Source of the DNA: an uncultured Gemmatimonadales bacterium
Lineage (GTDB): Bacteria > Gemmatimonadota > Gemmatimonadetes > Longimicrobiales > RSA9
Length of the DNA stretch: 64,000 bases
Assembly (NCBI GenBank): GCA_963816355.1
Contig: CAWFKH010000004.1
Span: 352,001 to 416,000, forward strand
Direction: 5' to 3'
Shown here: in pieces, positions 1 through 7,062 of the stretch
How positions within the stretch are numbered: the stretch's first letter is position 1
Layout of the letters: each line of letters starts with the position of its first letter
Position numbers and translations under genes: made by a program
The notes under the pieces: model-generated
Databases searched by the model: none
The model's input: the letters and a program-made list of their open reading frames with translations, nothing else
What the model was told of the DNA's origin: nothing

Positions 1-1179
1 CGGCGCGAGCTCGCCCGTGCCGGCGATCGGCACGGAACGCAGTTGCAGGCCAGCGATCCAGGCGAGGGCGAAGCCGACGAAGAAGAGGACGCCGAGCGCC
101 GCGACGGCGGGGCGTCGTCGCAGCCGCCGCTCAGGCCCTCGGTCGAAGAGCGGGAGCAGCGCGAGCGCGGCGCCGAGCAGGAGGAAAGCGCCGAAGCCCC
201 AGCCGCCGACGTAGTAGATGAGCGCGCGCGAGACGTCGGCGACGACCCAGGTCGAGCGCAGGAAGCCGGGCGGGCTGGCCGGATCGGCGGGCAGCGCGAT
301 CTCGCGCGGGTGCAGCACCGCGACCGTGGTGACGATCGCGATGACGAGGACGACGACGATCACGGACCGCAGCAGGTGGTGCGGAAAGAAGGGCATGCCG
401 TCGTGGTCGCGCTCGGTGGTCGACGGCAGGTGTGCGGGCGGTGCGATGCCGTGCTTTCGCAGCAGCGAGAAGTGGAGCACGAGCAGGCCGAGCGCGAGCC
501 ACGGCAGAACGATCACGTGGATCGCGAAGAAGCGGCTCAGCGTGGCGCCGGAAACGATCGGATCGCCGCGCAGGATCCCGGCGGTGGCGCCGCCGACGAG
601 CGGCACGCGCGCGACGACGTCGAGCCCCTCCGTGACCGTCCAGTAGGCCCACTGGTCCCAGGGCAGCAGGTAGCCGGTAGCGCCGAACGCGAAGATGACG
701 AAGAGGAGCAGCAGCCCCATGAGCCAGTTGGTCTCGCGGGGCGGCTTGTAGGCGGCACTGAAGAAGACGCGGCCCATGTGCAGCAGCGCCGCGACGACGA
801 CGAAGTTGGCGCCCCAGACGTGCACGTCGCGCATGAGCCAGCCGAACGTGACGCCGGTGACGATGTGCTGAATGCTCGGGTACGCCTCCTCGGCCGACGG
901 TCGGTAGTAGAAGCTCAGGAGCACGCCCGTCGCCACGAGGATGATGAAGAGCAGGTAGGTCACGCCGCCGAAGAGCTGGCGCCATCCGGCGTGGCGGGAG
1001 AGCCGGTAGCGCATCGCCTTGCGGTACGCCTGGTCGATCGGCAGGTGCCTGTCGATCGGTCCGTAGAGCAGGCCCACGAAGCGCAGCAGCGCGAGGAGAC
1101 TGGCGTCCGTGCTCGCCTTCAGATCGGTCCAGAAGCGGCCCGCCCACGCCGCCGGTGCCCTCAGGGGATTGCGACTCAT
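1..1179 (-). CDS. Cytochrome b subunit of a bc/b6f-type complex (fused b6+subunit IV type), atypical Qo site; runs off the left edge
   Basis: Translated by hand; not in the ORF track because there is no stop in the window. ATG at 1179 overlaps the upstream TGA. Sequence includes MSRNPLRA...LFGGVTYLLFIILVATGVLLSFYYRPS...WLMRDVHVWGAN...LLHMGRVFF..AYKPPRETNW...TGYLLPWDQWAYW...TLSRFFAIHVIVLP...LHFSLLRKHGI...PFFPHHLL...PADPASPPGFLRSTWV. All four heme-ligand His are present. Confidence 0.93.
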   Translation of the reverse strand, partial: MSRNPLRAPAAWAGRFWTDLKASTDASLLALLRFVGLLYGPIDRHLPIDQAYRKAMRYRLSRHAGWRQLFGGVTYLLFIILVATGVLLSFYYRPSAEEAYPSIQHIVTGVTFGWLMRDVHVWGANFVVVAALLHMGRVFFSAAYKPPRETNWLMGLLLLFVIFAFGATGYLLPWDQWAYWTVTEGLDVVARVPLVGGATAGILRGDPIVSGATLSRFFAIHVIVLPWLALGLLVLHFSLLRKHGIAPPAHLPSTTERDHDGMPFFPHHLLRSVIVVVLVIAIVTTVAVLHPREIALPADPASPPGFLRSTWVVADVSRALIYYVGGWGFGAFLLLGAALALLPLFDRGPERRLRRRPAVAALGVLFFVGFALAWIAGLQLRSVPIAGTGELAP

Positions 1180-1646
1180 GCTCCCGACCTCGCGACGTAG
1201 ACGATGCCGTTCCGGACGAACACCGGAAAACGCTGCAGCGGCACCGTGGTCAGGCCGCGGACGACGTTGCCGTGGAGGTCGTAGACGATGTAGCTGCACG
1301 GCGACAGCACGCGCAGCGAGGTCGGATCCCAGCGCAGGATGCAGCCGTCGGTCGGGGCCGTCCCCTGCAGCGCTACGAAGCTCCCCTCGTCCGTGCGGAC
1401 GACCAGGATGATCTGCTCGCCCCAGTCGACGACGCGGCTCGCCTGCACGGGGAAATCCGCCTCGCGCGCCACGCGGAAGGCGGGTTGCAGCTCGGAGAGC
1501 TCGAGGTGCTGCGGGGGTAGCAGGTAGAAGAAGACGGCCATCAGCAGGCCGACGACCATGAGGACGACGATGCCGCCCAGAAGGTGGTCGCCGAACCCCG
1601 CCTCCCAGGCGTCGACTTCCTGCTCCGGCCCGTCCGTTGTCTCCAT
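1176..1646 (-). CDS. Rieske-fold membrane-anchored protein lacking the [2Fe-2S] ligands (pseudo-Rieske)
   Basis: N-terminal TM helix, then a Rieske-like pattern (ILVVRTDEGSFVALQGT-APTDGC-ILRW...VL-SPCSYI-VYDLHGNVVRG..TVPLQRFPV). Coupled to cytochrome b by an ATGA overlap. Start taken at ATG 1646 (GGAAG upstream). Confidence 0.85.
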   Translation of the reverse strand: METTDGPEQEVDAWEAGFGDHLLGGIVVLMVVGLLMAVFFYLLPPQHLELSELQPAFRVAREADFPVQASRVVDWGEQIILVVRTDEGSFVALQGTAPTDGCILRWDPTSLRVLSPCSYIVYDLHGNVVRGLTTVPLQRFPVFVRNGIVYVARSGA

Positions 1647-1965
1647 GGCGCCACTTCCGAAAGAAAGGCAACGCGTCGGCGACCACGTGGGCCGCATGCG
1701 CACCGCGTCGGCGATCGCTCGCCGCGACGCGGGTCCCTCCCAAGGCTGGGCTCCCCCTGCCGCGGATGCAACGGTGTTGCGCGGCCCCGCACCGCGCCGC
1801 CCACCGGGGCCGGCGCCGCGGCCGCTCCCACCCGGCGTCGCCTCCAGCCGGAGGTCGACACAACTTAGCCGGCGTCAGGGACGAAGCTGTCGGGAGAAAC
1901 CCGAATGTCTGTCGGGCGCGATCCGGACGGACGGCTGAGCGCCGCATGGCGCAGGGCCGCACGGC

Positions 1966-2922
1966 TCAGCGCCGCAGCAGCGACACGGGGCCCTTGAAGC
2001 TCTGGACGGAGATGCGGGCACCGTTATACGGCTCGAGCGTGAAGCGGAGCTCGCGCCCCGCCAGGTCGCGTGCCGCGGTAGCGCGGGCGTCGCTCAGCTC
2101 GTTCAGGATCCGACCCTCGTAGCTGCGCACGACGAAGTCACCCGCGGTGCCACGGGGCAGGTGCAGCTCGATCGAGCCGCCGTGGCTCAGGAAGTCGAGG
2201 CTCGCGCCCGCCGGCGGCACGCCGTGCCAGCGAATGTCGCCGTCGACCGACTCGAAGTGCCCGCGCCGGAAGCGGCCGCCCGCCAGCTCCAGGCCGCCGC
2301 TCACGCTCGTCGCGCTCGCGTCCTCCGCGGCGCACGTCAGCCGCACGGCGCCGCTCGCCGTCCTGACGCGCAGGGTGGTCGCGCTGCCGGAAACGTCGAT
2401 GTCGCCGCCCATCGACTCGGCGCTCAGCACGTGCAGCGCGCCCTCCACGTGGATCGCTCCGCTCACCGAGTACGCCTCGAGATCGCCGGCGAAGCCCGAG
2501 ACCTCGATCGAGGCGGTGCCGCTCTTGATCCAGAGCTGGCTGCGCCGCGGTACGCGCACCTCGAGATCGGCGCCCGCCGAAGGGCCCGCGTCGCCTGGCG
2601 GCACGTCGATGCCGCACTTTACGCCGCTGGGCGTGCCGCCGCAGAAGAAGTTCTCGCTCGCGGGCACCGTGCCGGTCACGGCCACGCTGTCGCGATCCCA
2701 ACCGAGCACGTGGACCGAGCCGGCGAGGTTCCACACGCGGATCAGACCGGTGGGCGCGAGCGGCCGCCGCGCCTCCACCCTTCTGAGCGCCGCGGTCTCC
2801 GCCTGTCCCGCCGCCGGCGCCGGCGTCGAGACCGCGATCGCCACGGCCAGGATGGAGGTGATCGCCACCGCCGGCCCGAGCCGGCGCACCCGAGGATCGT
2901 TCTGCATCGCTTCCCCCGTCAT
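1966..2922 (-). CDS. Secreted DUF4097-like beta-strand repeat protein
   Basis: Signal peptide; repeated S(V/M)SG(A/D)I motifs; LEVRVPRRSQL; third gene of the ECF/anti-sigma operon. Confidence 0.8.
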   Translation of the reverse strand: MTGEAMQNDPRVRRLGPAVAITSILAVAIAVSTPAPAAGQAETAALRRVEARRPLAPTGLIRVWNLAGSVHVLGWDRDSVAVTGTVPASENFFCGGTPSGVKCGIDVPPGDAGPSAGADLEVRVPRRSQLWIKSGTASIEVSGFAGDLEAYSVSGAIHVEGALHVLSAESMGGDIDVSGSATTLRVRTASGAVRLTCAAEDASATSVSGGLELAGGRFRRGHFESVDGDIRWHGVPPAGASLDFLSHGGSIELHLPRGTAGDFVVRSYEGRILNELSDARATAARDLAGRELRFTLEPYNGARISVQSFKGPVSLLRR

Positions 2923-3626
2923 GACGAGCCGTCGCGCGCGCGGCGCAGCAGCTCCAGCTTCTGGTCGTAGGCGAACAGCACCATGCGCCCGAGGCCGGCG
3001 TCGCCGGGGTCGCGCACGAGCGCCGCGCGCGACTCCGCGATCGCGCCGTCGATCACCTCTAGGTTCTGCCTCAGGATGCGGAGCGTCGTGGGCGAGAGCC
3101 GTCCCGGCTGCCGAAGCACCGCGCGCTCAAGCTCGCCGATGGCGGCGCGGTAGCGGTCCTCGGTGCCACGCAGATCGACGAACGATTGTGCGCCCAACCG
3201 ACCTTCGGAGACCCCGGCAACCCGGGAAGTCGCGTTTCCGGCCGCGGCCGCGGGTCCGGCCTGCTCCGCAGCGCCGTTCGATCGCAGGACCGCCCAGCGC
3301 GTGACGCTTGCCGTGAGCGCGACGAGCGCGACCGCCGCCACGAGCAGAGAGCGTCGGCTCCATCGGGGCGCCGAGCGCGCATTCAGGCGAGCGCGGATCC
3401 CCTCGCGAACCCCGGGCGGCGGCTCGATCGCGCGCGGCAGGGCTCGCACGTCGCCGCGGACGCGCCCGATCCACGCGACGTCGGCCGCGCAAGTCGGGCA
3501 GCCCGCGAGGTGCTCTCGCACGGCCGCGCGCGCTCCGTCGTCTAGCTCGCCGTCGACGTAATCGTTCAGGGTCGCCTCGGCAATGTGTGGCCCCGGCCGG
3601 CCCCTCTCTTCGTCTTTTTCCCTCAT
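2919..3626 (-). CDS. Zinc-finger (ZAS/zf-HC2) transmembrane anti-sigma factor
   Basis: H..EATLNDYVDGEL...HLAGCPTC (HxxxCxxC), central TM helix. ATG 3626 overlaps the sigma-factor stop. Confidence 0.88.
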   Translation of the reverse strand: MREKDEERGRPGPHIAEATLNDYVDGELDDGARAAVREHLAGCPTCAADVAWIGRVRGDVRALPRAIEPPPGVREGIRARLNARSAPRWSRRSLLVAAVALVALTASVTRWAVLRSNGAAEQAGPAAAAGNATSRVAGVSEGRLGAQSFVDLRGTEDRYRAAIGELERAVLRQPGRLSPTTLRILRQNLEVIDGAIAESRAALVRDPGDAGLGRMVLFAYDQKLELLRRARDGSS

Positions 3627-4216
3627 TCTCCGTAGCGCTCCTTCAGCAAGCGGCGCGCGCGGTGGAGCTGTGCCTTGGCGGTGCCGGGCGCGATGCCGCA
3701 CAGCGCGCCGATCTCCTCGTGCGTGTAGCCCTCGATCTCGTGCAGGACGAGCACGATGCGGGCGCCGTCCGGCAGGCCCGCGATCGCCCGCTCGAGGTCC
3801 AGCTTCGCGTCCACCGCCCGGTCGAGCGATGGCGTCGACGGCGACTCGACCGGGTCGATGTCGTCGAAGAGGTCGACGCGGCGGCGCTTGCGACGTCGCC
3901 ATTCACCCAGGACGACGTTGACCGCGACGCGGTGCAACCAGGAGGAGAAGGCGCTGTCGCCGCGAAACGAGTCCAGCCGCTGCCACACGTGCACGAACAC
4001 GTCCTGCGTGAGAGTGCGCGCTTCCACCTCGTCGCCGGACATGCGCAGGCAGAGCGCATAGACGCGGCCGGCGCTCTCCTCGTACAGGCGGTCGAACGCA
4101 CCCGGATCCCCTCTCCGGGCGCGCCGCACGACATCGTTCATCGGCGGCCCGGGCGGAGCCGCGGCTCGCAGCGAAGCAATCGCTCCCCCTCCCTCCCGCC
4201 CGACGCGGTGGGGCAA
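3623..4216 (-). CDS. ECF RNA polymerase sigma factor
   Basis: ARRGDPGAFDRLY...TQDVFVHVW..LDSFRGDSAFSSWLHRVAVN; region 4 LHEIEGYTHEEIG...GTAKAQLHRAR. Alternative start at ATG 4141. Confidence 0.93.
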   Translation of the reverse strand: MPHRVGREGGGAIASLRAAAPPGPPMNDVVRRARRGDPGAFDRLYEESAGRVYALCLRMSGDEVEARTLTQDVFVHVWQRLDSFRGDSAFSSWLHRVAVNVVLGEWRRRKRRRVDLFDDIDPVESPSTPSLDRAVDAKLDLERAIAGLPDGARIVLVLHEIEGYTHEEIGALCGIAPGTAKAQLHRARRLLKERYGE

Positions 4217-4813
4217 TCAGGACCGGCTGCGCACGGCTGGCCAGAGCGCGATCAGCGCGAGCGCCGCGGCCGCGGGCCATGGCACGGAGCCCCGCCGGGG
4301 CGCGGGCTGCGCCGGCGCGGCGACGTCGCCGCCGAGCGCTCCGAGCGCCGCGTCCACGTCCGCGCGCGTCGCCTCGTGCGGCACGATCCACCCTTCGCGT
4401 ATCTCGTGCGGCACGCGGACGGAGGCGAGCGTGCCGTCGTGGATGCCGACGAGCGCGGTCGCCTTCGAATCGGGGCCGGCGGTCATCGTCGCGACGACGA
4501 CCCATGGACCGTCGTCCGGCAGCGACCCGCGCACCGCCCACACGCCGGTCCGCGAGGCAGCGCCGACGTCGAGCGACACCCGCTGCCGCGCACCGCCGCG
4601 GATCCCCTCGGCGTATGCGGCCACGGGATACGGCATCACCTCGCCGTGGTGGTAGGTGTGCACGACCACGAGCGCATCCCGGGTCGCGCGATCGAACGGA
4701 TTCGCGGGGTATTCGACGGACACCCACGGCGGCCCGGCGAGCGCCGGCGCGGCGGTGAGCAGGGTCGCGGCGAGCGCGAGGGAAAGCGAACGACATGCGG
4801 GGATGCGGTCCAT
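4217..4813 (-). CDS. Hypothetical secreted protein with C-terminal membrane anchor
   Basis: GGAG RBS, signal peptide ending ALA-G, C-terminal hydrophobic segment with basic tail; abuts the sigma gene. Confidence 0.7.
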   Translation of the reverse strand: MDRIPACRSLSLALAATLLTAAPALAGPPWVSVEYPANPFDRATRDALVVVHTYHHGEVMPYPVAAYAEGIRGGARQRVSLDVGAASRTGVWAVRGSLPDDGPWVVVATMTAGPDSKATALVGIHDGTLASVRVPHEIREGWIVPHEATRADVDAALGALGGDVAAPAQPAPRRGSVPWPAAAALALIALWPAVRSRS

Positions 4814-4991
4814 GCTCCACCTCTCCATCAGGGGCCGGCCGCCGCGCGTACGCGGAGGCGTGGACCCGTTCGGGTCCGTGCTGGCCGTTTCCAGGGACGA
4901 GAGGTCGCCGGCGCTCTCCACAGTAGGACGCCCATACAGCACGTTCGGGTTTGAATCGGACACACGCCTGCGCGGCGAGGTGCGCCGCGCT

Positions 4992-5981
4992 TCAGTCGCC
5001 CGCGACGCCGAGCAGGCGCGCGGCGTTGCCGCCGAGGATGGCGCGGCGCTCGTCGTCGCCGAGATCCGCCGCCTCGATGCTCGCCTTCATGGCGGGGATG
5101 CTGCCGATCTGGTGGGGGTAGTCGCTGCCGGCGAGGATCTGGCTCGCGCCGGCGAAGTCCACGGCGAAGCGGAGGGCGACGGGATCGAAGTTGACGCCGT
5201 CGTAGTGGAAGCGGCGCAGATAGTCGCTGGGCGGACGGTCGATGTGCGTCCGGCACTCGACGAAGGCGTGGAAGCCACGATCGAGGCGCTCCGCCAGGTA
5301 CGGGATGGCGCCGCCGAGGTGGGAGAGCACCCAGCGGATGCCGGGAAAACGCTCCGGCACGCCGCGGAAGACGAGGTGCGCCGCGGCGAGCGTCGTGTCG
5401 AAGAGGAATCCGACGAGCGGCATGAGCCAGTAGTCGCGCATCGCCTCCACGCCCAGCGGATCGGTGGGGTGGATGTGCACGACGGCGTCTAACGCGTCGG
5501 CGCGCTCCCACAGCGGCAGGAAGCGGTCGTCGGCGAGCGCGACGCCGTTGACGTTGCTGAACACCATCGCGCCGGGCAGCGCCAGCTCCGTCATCGCGCG
5601 CTCGAGCTCGTCGGCGGCGGCCTCGGGGTCGTTGAGCGGCAGCGTCGCGAGCGCGGCGAAACGACCGGACGGGCGGGCCACGGCCGCCGCGAATGCGTCG
5701 TTCACCATGCGGGAGAGCTCGAGCGCGCGCGCCGGCGTCTCGACGTGCGTCCCCGGCGTCGTCAGCGTCAGCACCTGCAGATCCACGCCCTCCCGCTCCA
5801 GCACCTCCTCGCGGTACGCGATGTCGCGGTGGCCGCGCACCGCCACGTTGTAGTCGCCCGGGTAGTGCAGGCAGGGGTTGCCCGCGTCGTCGCGCGTGAC
5901 GCGGACCGCGGAGGGGCCCTCCTCCAACGCCGCCAGATACTCCGGCGGATAGAAGTGGTTGTGCACGTCGATCGTCCGCAC
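4992..5981 (-). CDS. Amidohydrolase-2 family protein (ACMSD/decarboxylase-like)
   Basis: IDVHNH, HIHP, SHLGG.IPY..ERLD and GSDYPH motifs; GTG start with GGGAG RBS. Confidence 0.92.
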   Translation of the reverse strand: MRTIDVHNHFYPPEYLAALEEGPSAVRVTRDDAGNPCLHYPGDYNVAVRGHRDIAYREEVLEREGVDLQVLTLTTPGTHVETPARALELSRMVNDAFAAAVARPSGRFAALATLPLNDPEAAADELERAMTELALPGAMVFSNVNGVALADDRFLPLWERADALDAVVHIHPTDPLGVEAMRDYWLMPLVGFLFDTTLAAAHLVFRGVPERFPGIRWVLSHLGGAIPYLAERLDRGFHAFVECRTHIDRPPSDYLRRFHYDGVNFDPVALRFAVDFAGASQILAGSDYPHQIGSIPAMKASIEAADLGDDERRAILGGNAARLLGVAGD

Positions 5982-6034
5982 GCTTCGACTCCCGGGTGGA
6001 ATGAATGGATCGCCCCCGCGCCACCGGGGCCCCT

Positions 6035-6283
6035 TCAGCCGCTCGCGTCCGGCGGCGCCGGCGGCGCAGGATGCATGCGGGCCAGGCGCTCGTGGATCCC
6101 GCCCAGCTCCGGCTCGATACGCTCCGCGTAGCACGAGGGGCAGAGATAGAAGTAGCCGCCCTGCGGAGGAAGGTCGGCCAGAGCGCCGAACCAGAGCGTC
6201 ATGAGGCCCAGCATCCGCTCCGGGTCCGTGCGCCCGCAGCGGCGACAGGGGCGCAATTCGACCCGGGTGCCGCGAACCGCCAT
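6035..6283 (-). CDS. Small CxxC...CxxC putative zinc-binding protein
   Basis: CRRC and CPSC pairs; GGGAGG RBS upstream of the ATG. Confidence 0.65.
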   Translation of the reverse strand: MAVRGTRVELRPCRRCGRTDPERMLGLMTLWFGALADLPPQGGYFYLCPSCYAERIEPELGGIHERLARMHPAPPAPPDASG

Positions 6284-6446
6284 CTCGCCTCCCTACCGAA
6301 GAGCCGGGCGCCGCGAATGCGCGGCGCCCCGCGTCGTTCAAAGTAGCGGTGGTCCGGGCGTGGCGCCCGTCGCGATCGGCAAGGGAGCCGCCCCCGATCC
6401 GGCCGTACCCCAATAACGCGTTGCGTCACAGATGGTTGCCGACATG

Positions 6447-6462
6447 TGGCACCGAGATTGCA
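6447..6462 (+). promoter_or_regulatory. Sigma54 (-24/-12) promoter
   Basis: TGGCAC-CGAGA-TTGCA is an exact match to TGGCAC-N5-TTGCW, about 115 nt upstream of the 6577 ATG. Confidence 0.8.
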
Positions 6463-6576
6463 CGCTCCACCGGCGAGGCAACGGTCGAACGAAGCTTCAC
6501 GACGGAGGCGAGCGACGCCCGACGATCGGCGTCGCTTTTCTTGTTTCGAGGAAGGGCGCCACGCACGGAGGAAGGG

Positions 6577-6963
6577 ATGAGGATCCGAAGATTCGCGCTC
6601 GAAGCCGCGCTCGTTGCGGCCGTCGGCACGGGCGCATGCGCGGGCGGCCACGCGAGCCGCTTACGGATGCCCGGCCCGGCTCGGACGATGGTGCACGTGC
6701 GGAACAGCAACTGGGCGGACATGGACGTCTATGCGTTGCGGGACGGCCAGCGGTTCCGCCTCGGGACGGTCACGGGGATGGGGATGGCCGATTTCGAGAT
6801 TCCGCCGGCGCTGCTTTCGGGATCGGCCGACCTGCAGTTGATGGCGGACCCGATCGGATCGCCGCAGGTGCACGTGAGCGCTCCGATCCCGCTGCGACGC
6901 GGAGCGACGATCGACTTGCAGCTCGAGAGCAACCTGGCGCTTTCGAACGTGACAGTGCACTGA
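6577..6963 (+). CDS. Small hypothetical lipoprotein
   Basis: GGAGGAAGGG RBS; signal peptide with lipobox-like TGA-C; beta-rich mature part. Confidence 0.75.
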   Translation: MRIRRFALEAALVAAVGTGACAGGHASRLRMPGPARTMVHVRNSNWADMDVYALRDGQRFRLGTVTGMGMADFEIPPALLSGSADLQLMADPIGSPQVHVSAPIPLRRGATIDLQLESNLALSNVTVH

Positions 6964-7062
6964 CCGCGACGAGGGAGGGTGAAATCCTCGCCGGCGAGAT
7001 GCGCGGCGGCTCGCCGGTGACGCCTCGCTCCGTCGCGACCTGGGCCGGAGCCTCCGGCGCTC

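Noticed and set aside
1760..1790. Sigma54-like site upstream of the pseudo-Rieske gene (GCGCAACACCGTTGCA on the minus strand)
   Set aside because: The invariant GG at -24 is missing. It may be a GCAAC-N3-GTTGC dyad, but support is too weak to call.
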